Shown: positions 50,384-60,608 of the stretch, piece by piece
Position numbering within the stretch: position 1 is the first letter of the stretch
Layout: the number at the start of each line of letters is the position of its first letter
Assembly (NCBI GenBank): GCA_965209035.1
Contig: OZ242372.1
Span: 1,760,001 to 1,824,000, forward strand
From: Gammaproteobacteria bacterium
GTDB taxonomy: Bacteria > Pseudomonadota > Gammaproteobacteria > CBDBNL01 > JAAOII01
DNA length: 64,000 bases
Direction of reading: 5' to 3'
Translations under genes and position numbers: made by a program
The notes under the pieces: generated by a model
What the model was told of the DNA's origin: nothing
Seen by the model: the letters and a program-made list of their open reading frames with translations, nothing else
The model's database searches: none

Positions 50384-51613
50384 ATGAAAAAGCATACGCC
50401 TTTAATAGAAGAGTTGTTTGAAAAGAATTATCAACTAATTGATGGAACAGATGAAATTTTTGAGTTAGACTTGGCTTTATGGGAATACGAAGTGTTGTCA
50501 AAAAAGGCATTAATTGAAAGAAGTGCTTATTTCAAGTTAGTTGATAAAAAAGAAACCACTCATTTCAAAACATGTAATCTTCAAAATCTTGAAGAGGTTC
50601 ATAAAAATAGCTCATTTAGAACAAAAGTTTTCTTTTTAGACGGTAAGTATTCCACAGGCTATGCAACGCACAGCCTTTTTCCTTATCGTGGAAAATTTCA
50701 TCCTCAATTAATACGAGCGTTGTTGAATATTATTAATATAAAGCCCGGGCAGATGGTTCTTGATCCGATGGCAGGAAGTTCCACGCTGAGCGTGGAAGCC
50801 AACTTACTTGGTATTGATGCTATTTCAGTAGATTTGAGTCCGTTTTGCGAACTAATGGGAAGAGTTAAGACATTTGCGTTAAATTTAGATATTACGATTT
50901 TAGAATCCATAATCAAAAGGCCAACAGAAATTTTAGAAAAATTAAAAAAAGATAAAGTGCCGGAGTACTTTATAAATAAGAAGGATGACAGTAAGAAGGG
51001 TTACTACGAAATAGTTTTATTGGCTTTTTTAGATACAATGGGATTTGCGAGTCGTAGTAGTTCTTCTATTGATAAACTTTTTCCGCGTGTATTGGAACGA
51101 TACATTTCAACAATAAAGTATTTTCAAGAAGCAAGACAAAAGATGAATTTAAAAATTGGTGAAAGTAAGATCATACAAGGCAGTGCTTTGAAATTGCCTA
51201 TCGGTGACGATAGTGTGGATGCAATAATTACTTCACCGCCTTATTCTTTTGCTATTGATTACTTAAGGAATGATCAACCACAATTGGAATATCTCGGCTA
51301 TGATCTTGAAGTTTTGAGACAAAATATGGTCGGATTGCAGGGACGGGGAGTAGAAAATAAGTTAGAAATTTACTTTGATAAAATAAATCTGGCACTTGGT
51401 GAAATGAAGCGAGTTTCGAAGAAAAACTCTTCAATCATTATAATCATCGGCACAAATGATATTCAAACAAAGGGTGTGAGATTGGAAACGAAAGTAATTG
51501 AACTTGGAGAAAAACATGGTCTTAAGTTTGAGTTTAATTTGAAAAAACCGATTCGTGGGTTACAAAATACAATGAAGGAGGAGTCAATATTATTTTTTGC
51601 AAATCAAAAATAA
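50384..51613 (+). CDS. Amino-DNA methyltransferase M1 (motif I before TSPPY; probably N4-cytosine)
   Basis: YRGKFHPQL, VLDPMAGSST, IITSPPY; AT-rich. Confidence 0.85.
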   Translation: MKKHTPLIEELFEKNYQLIDGTDEIFELDLALWEYEVLSKKALIERSAYFKLVDKKETTHFKTCNLQNLEEVHKNSSFRTKVFFLDGKYSTGYATHSLFPYRGKFHPQLIRALLNIINIKPGQMVLDPMAGSSTLSVEANLLGIDAISVDLSPFCELMGRVKTFALNLDITILESIIKRPTEILEKLKKDKVPEYFINKKDDSKKGYYEIVLLAFLDTMGFASRSSSSIDKLFPRVLERYISTIKYFQEARQKMNLKIGESKIIQGSALKLPIGDDSVDAIITSPPYSFAIDYLRNDQPQLEYLGYDLEVLRQNMVGLQGRGVENKLEIYFDKINLALGEMKRVSKKNSSIIIIIGTNDIQTKGVRLETKVIELGEKHGLKFEFNLKKPIRGLQNTMKEESILFFANQK

Positions 51614-51615
51614 CA

Positions 51616-52607
51616 TGATGAGAGAGCCAAAACTCACCACTGAATTAAAGTTTAAGACAGTCATCGATAAAAATACTTTCTATTTTTTTAATCCTGTTTT
51701 TGAAGAAAAATACGAAGGTTATTTAAATTCCATAAAGGAAATACTTTTAATATTGAAAAACAACATTGAAACAGAGGGGCTAAAAAAAGTATTTTTTGAA
51801 CAACTATTGCTTGAAAAAGAAAACGGTCTTAGGGCTCTGCTTGCTTTAACCGGACTTTCAAATGAAACTTTAAAAAGACTGACTACAATAATCAGAGTTG
51901 TGAATGACCCGGAATTAAGTAAATTAGTTTATAAGGACAAGTGGTTTCAAGATGAAAATATAGATAATTTGAAAGAGTGGTCGGATACTCAAATTACAAA
52001 ATTTATCAAAGAAAATACTTTTTTCAGAAAAGGGATTATAAACATTTTTTTTGAAGGGTCAACCATACCACTTCTAATAAAAACCATACCGCTATTTGAG
52101 TTGAAAAAGCTGAGTATTTCAAAACTTAAGTTTGAATTGCCGGAAATAATTGATACTTTGATCCGTTACAAAGAAAAAGGAAGTTATTCCGGCATGAAAG
52201 AGAATAACCCGGAAATTTTAATTGAAGAAATTTTGAATGATTTGGATATACCTTTTGAAAAAGGTGATCTCAGTGAATTGATAGACAATGCTCCCGATAA
52301 TAAAAGAACGATGGATTTCATTATACCAAACAAACAAAACCCATTAATTATTGCGGAGAGTTCGTTTTTGGTGACAACTTCATCCGGTCAAGGTGATAAA
52401 TCCAAAACAGAAATTTCCATAGATTCACTTATTAAGACTCACTATCCAAAAGCAAAATTCATTGGTTTTGTTGACGGCGTTGGTTGGTATGTTAGAAAAG
52501 GAGATTTAAGAAGAATGGTTACGGCATACGAAGATGTGTTCACCTTCCATCAAAGTGAATTAAGACGATTTAAGAAACTTTTAATTGCAACCTTTCACAG
52601 TAAATAA
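51616..52607 (+). CDS. Type II restriction endonuclease with a DpnII-like C-terminal catalytic region
   Basis: MDFIIP...IIAESSF...TTSSGQGDK...FIGFVDGVGW; sits between two MTases and is coupled to both. The track start is 51597; ATG 51616 or 51619 is more likely. Confidence 0.72.
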
Positions 52608-53512
52608 TGATGACAAATAAACTTTTAGACCAAATTTTTATAGGCGACTGTTTGGAGGTATTAAAAAAAATACCCGATAATTTAGTTGATATGACTTTTG
52701 CTGATCCGCCTTTCAACTTACAGAAAAAATATAACCGCTATGAGGATTCAAAAGGAAAGGATGATTATTTGAATTGGTGTGATGATTGGATGAATGAAAT
52801 GGTTAGAGTTACAAAGCCGGAGGGGACAATTTTCGTTCATAACATTCCTCGTTGGCTTTCTTATTATGCGGAGTGTTTGAATAAGCTCGCTTATTTTAGG
52901 CATTGGATTGCTTGGGATTCCGGGGGTATGCCGTTGGGAAAAACTCTATTGCCTAACCATTATGGAATTTTATACTACACGAAATCAGAATCTTACAAAG
53001 ACTTTAAGTTTTATGATATTAGAGCCCCACATCCGAAATGTCGTTCTTGTCGAGAGTTTTTGAAAGATTACGGCGGCAAAAAGGATCTGGCACATAAATT
53101 TGGTCCCCTTCTATCCGATGCTTGGAACGACATTCACAGACTACGGCATAAAAAGCGAAGAGATGAACATCCTTGCCAGCTTCCCGTTCCTTTGCTTGAA
53201 CGGTTAATCTTAATGACAACGGATGAGGGCGATGTTGTCCTTGATCCTTTTATGGGAACCGGAACAACCGCAGTTGCTGCCAAACAATTAGGCCGCAAGT
53301 ATATAGGCATAGAACTTGATCCTAATTATGTGGAAATTGCGAATAACAATATAAAATCAGCCCAACAAACAAAAATCAACGATTATTTTGTTTCTGTTTA
53401 TCTGGGACATATTAGAACGATGCGGGATAAAGACTTTCCGGGGATTTGGAGAGATGAAAGCGAACAGGGATTGTTGGTTGAAAAGAGACATAAAATTACC
53501 GCTGTTATTTAA
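52607..53512 (+). CDS. Beta-class N4/N6 DNA methyltransferase M2
   Basis: GDCLEVL, FADPPFN, HPCQLP, VLDPFMGTGTT. Confidence 0.9.
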   Translation: MMTNKLLDQIFIGDCLEVLKKIPDNLVDMTFADPPFNLQKKYNRYEDSKGKDDYLNWCDDWMNEMVRVTKPEGTIFVHNIPRWLSYYAECLNKLAYFRHWIAWDSGGMPLGKTLLPNHYGILYYTKSESYKDFKFYDIRAPHPKCRSCREFLKDYGGKKDLAHKFGPLLSDAWNDIHRLRHKKRRDEHPCQLPVPLLERLILMTTDEGDVVLDPFMGTGTTAVAAKQLGRKYIGIELDPNYVEIANNNIKSAQQTKINDYFVSVYLGHIRTMRDKDFPGIWRDESEQGLLVEKRHKITAVI

Positions 53513-53569
53513 CGGATGGTTATGTTCATCAAGAATAAAATCCAATATTGCATGATCTCATAAAGGTTC

Positions 53570-53995
53570 TGGACTCTGAGTTTGGCATTGTGTGCCCTCA
53601 GATCGAAGATCCTGCAGTTCTGTCGGACAGGGCGAATAGAAAGCCGGCAAGCGGTCTAATGTGTGCGGAGAAGATCCCAAAACCGGGTGGGATTATATGT
53701 TTTATATATAGCGAAACAATATTTTTTATAAACCCCGAATTGCCCATATAATCTTAAGACATAATCTAGTGCTTTTATTGAAAAAGACTAAAAATCTAAA
53801 ATTTTTTATAGACAAAAATATGTAACCCCGGAAAGTTTTTGGACTCTGAGTTGGGCATTATTGATGGTGCGTCCTCAGATTAAAAAGCAGGTTTTTACAA
53901 AACACAAAGATCCTAAAACCGGGTGGGATTGTATTGTATATTGGCACAATATTTTTTATAAACCCCGGATTGCCCATATAATCTTAAGACATAAT
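53570..53995. repeat. Two diverged direct copies of a structured non-coding element (53570-53765 and 53840-53995)
   Basis: Shared blocks TGGACTCTGAGTT.GGCATT, CCTCAGAT, AAGATCC.AAAACCGGGTGGGATT and ACAATATTTTTTATAAACCCCG.ATTGCCCATATAATCTTAAGACATAAT. Confidence 0.85.
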
Positions 53996-54059
53996 AATCT
54001 TGTAAGATGATTTTGTCCGCAGGTATCCTGTACCAACCTAACCGCTCATTCACCGATTA

Positions 54060-55304
54060 ATGAGATATTGCTTTTATTTTCTGTTTCGGAGAATTTATAT
54101 TCTGCCAACTCTTTTGTTTCTTTCTTCTTGTGCCACTTCTTCCAATCTTTGTGAAGGGTTTACGGACTGGGTGGAGCCGACGCGTGCCGAATATTTTCCC
54201 AAACATCGCGTTTATCCGTTGAATGCCGAACACCGTCGGTTGGCTTTGCGGTATCAGCCTCGCCTAGTGATGCACCCGCAGGGGACACCGCCGATTGATT
54301 TTGCGGATTATCTCAAAGATGCGGAACTGGTTGCATATGGCAATGATGATGGCGATGATAGCGGCGAATCTTTGAATATCGGGCGACTGAAAAGGATGTC
54401 TTACGAGGAGCAGTGCCAGACCTATATCAAAGCAAAAAGCGATACGGTTGTTTCGCGCCCGCCTTATCCGTGGTATGTTCAGGTATTTGCCGATGAGGGA
54501 CCGGGGGGCGAGAGCGACTGGCTTTACTTGAAATACAACATTGTGTTTGATTGGAGCGGGCTGGCACAACACATTAGTCCTTCGGCAAAGGTCGGCGTGC
54601 GTTTTCTGGGAGCCACGCCGGACAAGTGGCACAGATTGGATGTGCATACCGCCGTCGTGATTGGTTTGGATGACAAGAGGCGGCAAAGGCTGATTACGAT
54701 TTCACAGCACAATTACGCCCGCACCTACTTGGCGGGTCCCGAATTTGATGCCGGCCAACCCGTCACGATTGCAATTGCTTTGCGAAGCAACGAACCTTAT
54801 CTTGACAAGTCGGGCGGCACCAACGGCAAGCAATTGGAACGGGTCGTGCGTTTTTATAATGATTTGCCTTATCTGATTACGGGAGAGAATCGACCGCGTT
54901 ATAGCGGCCATGACGAGATTGCGGGCGTGAATTCGGGAGGAGTGCCTTTGGAAATGCGCTTGGAATTTATTTCCCCCGATTATCCACTGGCATCTTATGC
55001 GGGATTACTTGCCCCGCCGCAGAGGCTGTTCGGCAGTATCTATATCGGTCGCGACGGGCCCATGGGCTATGACTATTTCGCGCCGCCGTCCGCATTTAAG
55101 ATGCCGCGCGGTGCCTCTCTCGGTTATTGGCAGCCGGGTAATCGCTTGTTATTGGAGGAATTGCAACCTGTGATGGAAAGGATGAAAAGTTTTCGCAGCG
55201 AAGAAGATACTTGGAATTCCTTGCTGGATATTTTGGAACGCAACCTGGCGGAAGATCTGCTTAACTATCTGGGATTGGTTGCGGAACAAACAAAGATAAA
55301 CTAA
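54060..55304 (+). CDS. Uncharacterised lipoprotein
   Basis: Lipobox LSSC after a hydrophobic stretch; 414-aa open frame with a backbone-like base composition. Confidence 0.7.
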   Translation: MRYCFYFLFRRIYILPTLLFLSSCATSSNLCEGFTDWVEPTRAEYFPKHRVYPLNAEHRRLALRYQPRLVMHPQGTPPIDFADYLKDAELVAYGNDDGDDSGESLNIGRLKRMSYEEQCQTYIKAKSDTVVSRPPYPWYVQVFADEGPGGESDWLYLKYNIVFDWSGLAQHISPSAKVGVRFLGATPDKWHRLDVHTAVVIGLDDKRRQRLITISQHNYARTYLAGPEFDAGQPVTIAIALRSNEPYLDKSGGTNGKQLERVVRFYNDLPYLITGENRPRYSGHDEIAGVNSGGVPLEMRLEFISPDYPLASYAGLLAPPQRLFGSIYIGRDGPMGYDYFAPPSAFKMPRGASLGYWQPGNRLLLEELQPVMERMKSFRSEEDTWNSLLDILERNLAEDLLNYLGLVAEQTKIN

Positions 55305-55341
55305 ACATTAAACAAACCGGAAACCGGAAACTGGCAACCAA

Positions 55342-55395
55342 ACAACCGAACTTACAACCAAACTTACAACCGGATTAACAACCGAATTAACAACG
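55342..55395. repeat. 12-bp tandem repeat (ACAACC-RRAYTW, 4.5 copies)
   Basis: ACAACC recurs at 55342, 55354, 55366 and 55378, with ACAACG at 55390; preceded by AAACCGG x2 plus AAACTGG. Confidence 0.75.
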
Positions 55396-55490
55396 AGGCA
55401 ACTTTGTGTGCGATCCTGCTTTCCCAAGTCGGCAGGCGGATTAATGGATTAATGAATTATGAAGTTGCCGGTTTTAGTTGTTGCTTTATT

Positions 55491-57698
55491 TTACTTGTCC
55501 GTTGTTTTGCCGACTGCCTGTAGCTTGCTGAGGTTGCCCAGACGAACAAAAGGATCTCTTATTCGATACAGAAGTTGCAGCCTGTTATTTTTCAGTCTGT
55601 CATCTTCCGCCATCACCATCACTTCGTTGAAAAACTGCTCCAACAGATCACTCAACTTGGCAAGGATTTTGCAGCAGTTGTCGTAGTCGCGGGCCTGCGC
55701 GGCGGCGACATAGTCCGCATGCAGTTCCAGATAGCCTTTGTAAAGTGCCCGTTCCGCCGGTTCCAGAATTAATGTTGCATCTATCTCTTTCTGCGGCAGG
55801 TGCTTCACCCCGCCTAGAATATTTTTGAGACGCTTGTCCAGGGCAACCAACGCCTCTCGCCGGGCTTCGGGGATATTCGTCAGAGAGCGCACCCGCAACC
55901 AGCTGTCCGTGAGATCCGTTTGCGGTTCGTCAAACACCGCGGCGATCACCGCGCTTTTGGCATCCTTCGCATAGGCGTTGACGCGCTCGTTGACAAAGCG
56001 GAGTACCTCTTCGCCGACCTCGGCAGAGATCTCCATCTGATTCTGTTTTTTGTATCCTTCGGCGGCGGCCAACAGCAGGCCGCGCAAATCAACATATAAA
56101 GCACTTTCGAGAATGATGCGCACAACCCCCAATGCGAGGCGTCTTAGCCCGAAGGGGTCCTTGTCGCCGGCTGGCTTGTATCCCCGGGCAAATAGGCCGA
56201 CCAGACTGTCCAGTTTGTCGGCAAGTGCCAGGGCGCGTCCTTCCGCCCCGGCGGGAATGGGGTCACCGCTTTGTTGCGGCAGATAATGCTCCGCGATAGC
56301 GGCGGCGGCGGCTTCTTTTGTTTCTTTGCTTTTACCGGCGGCGAACCGTTCGGTATGTTTGTCCCCGCGCAGGTAGTATCCGCCCATAATCCCTTGCAGT
56401 TCCGGGAACTCTTGGACGGTGAGACTGATGAGGTCGCACTTGCAAAAACGGGCGGCGATTTCCGCAGCCTTTGGATCCGCTCCCACGGACGGGGCAATCA
56501 CTTTGACCAAGTCGGTACAGCGTTCGCTTTTTTGTCGCATGCTCCCCAGTCCGCCGAAGAAGGCAAGATTATTGAGTTTTTCAAAATTGTCGGTCAGGCT
56601 CTGTTGCAGGTCCTTCTCATAAAAGAAAGATGCATCTCTCAGGCGGGGGCGGACAACCGCTTCGTTGCCGCGGATGATCCTTTGGGGATTGTCGCTGCGA
56701 ATATTGGCGACGAATAGAAATGCCGGCAGGTGTTTTTCTTTATCTTTATCATTCCCATTCTCATTAAGGCCATTAGGGACATTAAGGAGCGGGAAGCAGC
56801 GTTGCTTGTCAATCAGAACGCTGTTGATAATCTCGGCGGGCAGTGTTAGAAATTCCGGTTCAAAATGTCCTTCGTAAACAACCGGGTATTCGGTGATATT
56901 GGCAATCTCTTCCAATAGACCATCCGGGGCATATAATTGCGTTTTCTCCGGGCGTGCGCTTGCCAATTTTTTTGCATCCTTTAGAATGCGCTCTTTTCTT
57001 TTTTGTTTGTCGACAATGACATGCCCGGTGCTTGCAAGAATTTCTTCGTAATCGGCGGGGGTTGTTATGGTAATCGGGTTCTTGTGGTAGGCTCTGTGCC
57101 CGAAAGTCCGGTTGTCGTTTTTGATGCCAAATGCCGACCAGGGAATCCGCGTGTCGCCGAGGATCAACACAAGCCAACGAACGGCACGAGTAAAACTAGC
57201 CCCCGGGCTGCCGTAGCCGCCGTTCCATCGCATGGTTTTGCGCCGCGGCAGATGCGGGATAATGTCGTTCAAAATCGGCGGTAAGAGTTCGGCGGTGTTT
57301 TTTCCTTTTTCCGTTCCCTCGTAACAAACATAGCCTTCCCGGTCTCCGTGTTCGTCTTTTTTGACTTTTTTGATGACCTTTAATTTTGCGGGGGACACAC
57401 CGCAACTGCGGGCAAACCCGAGGCAAGCGGGAGTGGGGTTTCCCGCTTTGTCATAGGCAATCCGGGCGGAGGGGCCGCGACGTATCACCCGCCTGTCGTC
57501 TTGTTGCGTTTGTAAGTCCGGGATCCAAAGTGCCAAACGCCGCGGGGTGGCATAGCCGATGGGTGTGCCGTGTGCGAGGTTTTCTTTTTGTAATCTTTCG
57601 CTGACGCCCGATTTTAGCCCCGCCAGAAGTTCGTCCTGTTCGGCGGCGGGAATTTCTTCACAACCGATTTCCAGCAAAATGTCGGCATGTTTTTTCAT
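55491..57698 (-). CDS. glyS: Glycine--tRNA ligase beta subunit
   Basis: [44 protein letters not shown]. Confidence 0.96.
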   Translation of the reverse strand: MKKHADILLEIGCEEIPAAEQDELLAGLKSGVSERLQKENLAHGTPIGYATPRRLALWIPDLQTQQDDRRVIRRGPSARIAYDKAGNPTPACLGFARSCGVSPAKLKVIKKVKKDEHGDREGYVCYEGTEKGKNTAELLPPILNDIIPHLPRRKTMRWNGGYGSPGASFTRAVRWLVLILGDTRIPWSAFGIKNDNRTFGHRAYHKNPITITTPADYEEILASTGHVIVDKQKRKERILKDAKKLASARPEKTQLYAPDGLLEEIANITEYPVVYEGHFEPEFLTLPAEIINSVLIDKQRCFPLLNVPNGLNENGNDKDKEKHLPAFLFVANIRSDNPQRIIRGNEAVVRPRLRDASFFYEKDLQQSLTDNFEKLNNLAFFGGLGSMRQKSERCTDLVKVIAPSVGADPKAAEIAARFCKCDLISLTVQEFPELQGIMGGYYLRGDKHTERFAAGKSKETKEAAAAAIAEHYLPQQSGDPIPAGAEGRALALADKLDSLVGLFARGYKPAGDKDPFGLRRLALGVVRIILESALYVDLRGLLLAAAEGYKKQNQMEISAEVGEEVLRFVNERVNAYAKDAKSAVIAAVFDEPQTDLTDSWLRVRSLTNIPEARREALVALDKRLKNILGGVKHLPQKEIDATLILEPAERALYKGYLELHADYVAAAQARDYDNCCKILAKLSDLLEQFFNEVMVMAEDDRLKNNRLQLLYRIRDPFVRLGNLSKLQAVGKTTDK

Positions 57699-58678
57699 TT
57701 CTTTTTATCTTTTTGGGATTTTCTGGCTTTGAGGTTGCCCGCTGTTTGCGCGGCGGCATATGCGGTGAGAGCATCCTTTCCGGTTTGTTTGTCAAGTAAG
57801 GGAAACCCCGCCTCGTATCTGCTGTGTATATATGCTTTTGCCACTCTGTTGGTTAGGTCGCGTATGGTCAGAATATACTTTTGTCGCTCGCTTACGGAAA
57901 TTGCCCGGCGGGCATCCAGCAGGTTAAAGATGTGCGAGCAATCCAACGCTTGTTCGTATGCCGGCAGTGGCAACTTGCTTTCGGTGAGGAGAATCGCGGC
58001 TTTGCGGCAGTGTTCAAATTGTTCGTAAAGAAATTGCGTATCCGCCTTCTCGTAGTTGTATACCGACTGTTCGTATTCGTTCTGTTTGTACACATCTCCG
58101 TAGGTGATCTGCCGTCCTCCCGGCGAGTCATCCGTTGACCAGATCAGATCATAAACATCGTCTTTTTGTTGAAGATACATTGCGATGCGCTCCAGACCAT
58201 AGGTGAGTTCGCCGCTGACCGGGTTGCAGTCCGTACCGCCGACCTGTTGGAAGTAAGTGAACTGGGCAATTTCCATTCCGTTAATCCATACCTCCCAGCC
58301 GAGACCCCATGCCCCCAGACTGGGAGATTCCCAGTTGTCTTCCACCAGGCGAAAATCGTCCGAGGTGGGTTTGAGACCCAATTGGTAAAGAGAATTGAAA
58401 AACAGATCAACGATGTCGTCCGGCGGCGGTTTGAGGAGAACTTGGTATTGATAGTAGTGTTGTAAGCGGTTCGGATTTTCACCGTATCTGCCGTCCGTCG
58501 GGCGGCGGGACGGTTGGACATAGGCGGTTCGCCAGGGTTCCGGCCCCAGCGAGCGTAAAAAAGTGGCGGGATGAAAGGTGCCGGCACCCACCCGCATATC
58601 CAACGGTTGGATGAGAACACAACCTTGCTTTCGCCAGTAGGTGTTTAATCGCAGAATCAGTTCTTGAAAGTCAATCAT
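57695..58678 (-). CDS. glyQ: Glycine--tRNA ligase alpha subunit
   Basis: [39 protein letters not shown]. Confidence 0.98.
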   Translation of the reverse strand: MIDFQELILRLNTYWRKQGCVLIQPLDMRVGAGTFHPATFLRSLGPEPWRTAYVQPSRRPTDGRYGENPNRLQHYYQYQVLLKPPPDDIVDLFFNSLYQLGLKPTSDDFRLVEDNWESPSLGAWGLGWEVWINGMEIAQFTYFQQVGGTDCNPVSGELTYGLERIAMYLQQKDDVYDLIWSTDDSPGGRQITYGDVYKQNEYEQSVYNYEKADTQFLYEQFEHCRKAAILLTESKLPLPAYEQALDCSHIFNLLDARRAISVSERQKYILTIRDLTNRVAKAYIHSRYEAGFPLLDKQTGKDALTAYAAAQTAGNLKARKSQKDKKK

Positions 58679-58997
58679 TTGTTTCTTGTTGTTTCTATAT
58701 TATTATGAACGCAAGCCCCGTTCTTTAATTTTTTATGACGGGTATTGCGGATATTTTAAAAATCCGTTTGCTTTTTATGCATTGCGAACTAAGGTAATGA
58801 AAAATATTGTTATTTGTGCCAACGGCATCAAAAAATACTGTAAAACAGGTAAAACGGAGTCGTTAAAATTTATTCAAAAATGTGTAAAAAATCAGTGTTA
58901 TTGTGGTATATTATAAAAATTTTCCTTTAACCGTGCACGAAGTTGTCGGTTAGCAGTGAATTAATTTAAAGAAGTATATTATTAAAATTTTACCATC

Positions 58998-59441
58998 ATG
59001 ATATTTAAAAAGAAACTATTTGGTCCGTTAATTAATAAGGTTGCGGATGCGGCAAATGAATTGGATCTCCCGCAAGAGGAAAAGATGCAATTTAAACAAA
59101 ACATACAAAACATCATATTGGAGCGTCAAAAGGAAGCCGAACAAGCGGAGCGTGCCAAACCGCGTTCCGCGGCCGAAGTGACGACATCCGAATTGCGACA
59201 AGACGATAAGTACACCAAGCGCGCTCGCCCCACGATTATTTATGTGGGCATCGCTCTTATTATTTGGGCTTACGCGGTTGTACCCATTTTGAACAGCCAA
59301 TTTGAATTGGGTGTCCCGGTGGATATCCCCCAATTTTTTTGGAATGCTTGGGCTGCGATTGTTGTAGCCTATGCCGGCGGGAGAAGTGTTGAAAAAGTGT
59401 TCCGTTCAAAGAGCAAATCGGACCAAGGGGCGGTAGGATGA
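58998..59441 (+). CDS. Holin-like protein (3TM/GTA-release holin family)
   Basis: N-terminal helical region, ELRQDDKYTKRARPTIIY, two hydrophobic segments, YAGGRSVEK; overlaps the amidase start. Confidence 0.72.
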   Translation: MIFKKKLFGPLINKVADAANELDLPQEEKMQFKQNIQNIILERQKEAEQAERAKPRSAAEVTTSELRQDDKYTKRARPTIIYVGIALIIWAYAVVPILNSQFELGVPVDIPQFFWNAWAAIVVAYAGGRSVEKVFRSKSKSDQGAVG

Positions 59442-60121
59442 CAACCGGTATTGTTAAAGCGGATAAGTTAAATCTTAGGGAAAAGGTTGGGGGAAGGGTT
59501 GGTGCCGTTCTGCTCGGTGGCACGGAAGTGCGTGTGACAGATGCCCGGGAAGATTGGTCACAAGTTCAAGTGACCGGTTGGGTTTCAAACCGCTATTTGA
59601 ACGAATCGCTTGAGACCGAACAGGCAACAAGCGGCAAACGCATTCGGCGTATTGTGATTCATTGCTCGGCAACGAAGCCGAAACAGAACTTCACGGCTGC
59701 CGATATTAACAGTTGGCATACTTCTCCGAAAAGTGAGGGCGGACGCGGTTGGTCGCGCGCCGGTTATCATTGGGTCATTGAACGCAATCCCTGCCGCGTG
59801 ATGCCGTTGGTAGCGATGGATGATGACGAGGTTTTGGAACCCCGCGAGATTGCAAACGGTGCCCGCGGATATAACAGGGATTCTATTCATGTTTGTTATG
59901 TGGGCGGTTTAAATGCCCGGGGCAAACCCGCGGAAAATATTACGAAAGAACAAACCCAAGAGTTAATCGCATTATTGAATGTGTTAACGCGACATCGTCC
60001 GCATCTCAAGAAAATAGTCGGCCATAATGATCTGAATCCAATGAAAGCTTGCCCTTCGTTTGATGTTGCAAAATTTTTACACAAGCATTGTCAAGCTTCT
60101 TTTGCCAATAAGTACGCCTGA
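59438..60121 (+). CDS. Endolysin: SH3b-like domain + T7-lysozyme-type N-acetylmuramoyl-L-alanine amidase
   Basis: LNLRE...WSQVQVTGWVSNRYL (SH3b); IVIHCSAT, GWSRAGYHWVI, IHVCYVGG, VGHNDL..KACPSFDV (Zn ligands); no signal peptide. Confidence 0.9.
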   Translation: MTTGIVKADKLNLREKVGGRVGAVLLGGTEVRVTDAREDWSQVQVTGWVSNRYLNESLETEQATSGKRIRRIVIHCSATKPKQNFTAADINSWHTSPKSEGGRGWSRAGYHWVIERNPCRVMPLVAMDDDEVLEPREIANGARGYNRDSIHVCYVGGLNARGKPAENITKEQTQELIALLNVLTRHRPHLKKIVGHNDLNPMKACPSFDVAKFLHKHCQASFANKYA

Positions 60122-60129
60122 TATTTCCA

Positions 60130-60393
60130 ATGATCCATCTGTTCGCACAACAACTCGGCCGTATCAACCGTTACTTGAGTTGTAGGAACAATAAATATTT
60201 CCCTCCATTGGTTTATGCGGGATGTTTGATCGCGATCTATGACTTTATGTTGGTGCCATTGGGTACTTCTTTGGGCTACTCGTTGGTGGCGGCGACGAGT
60301 TTGGCGGGCGCGTTGTTTTGGCCCGCTTGGGCGCTGTTTGTTAGCGGGGGTGTCGCACAACGCTCTTTGATAAAATCCGATGTCTATAAGTGA
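60130..60393 (+). CDS. Small hypothetical membrane protein
   Basis: ATG 8 bp after the amidase stop; two hydrophobic segments; no recognisable family. Confidence 0.4.
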   Translation: MIHLFAQQLGRINRYLSCRNNKYFPPLVYAGCLIAIYDFMLVPLGTSLGYSLVAATSLAGALFWPAWALFVSGGVAQRSLIKSDVYK

Positions 60394-60399
60394 CTTTTT

Positions 60400-60439
60400 G
60401 AGCTATCTCGAACTACCTCGAACTACCCCGAACTATCCC
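60400..60439. repeat. 10-bp tandem repeat x4 (GARCTAYCYC)
   Basis: GAGCTATCTC GAACTACCTC GAACTACCCC GAACTATCCC. Confidence 0.75.
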
Positions 60440-60608
60440 CAACGAACCTATGAGAAGCGAAGCCAGACAGGATGATGCATAATCAGCCCGGGAAATTTTA
60501 GCGGGCCCTGAGAAAATGAAAAAGACAGAGTTAGCGGTTTTCTCTGTTTGGCACAGATTATGGATTAATAGGGGTGAATTATTCCCTGATAAGTATTAAA
60601 ATATTTCT

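Noticed and set aside
48959-53995. R-M island integrated at tRNA-Leu
   Set aside because: The island lies upstream of secG, on the 5' side of the tRNA; no duplicated tRNA 3' end and no integrase were seen.
58837-58849. LexA box upstream of the holin (CTGT...ACAG)
   Set aside because: The spacer is 3 bp rather than the required 8.
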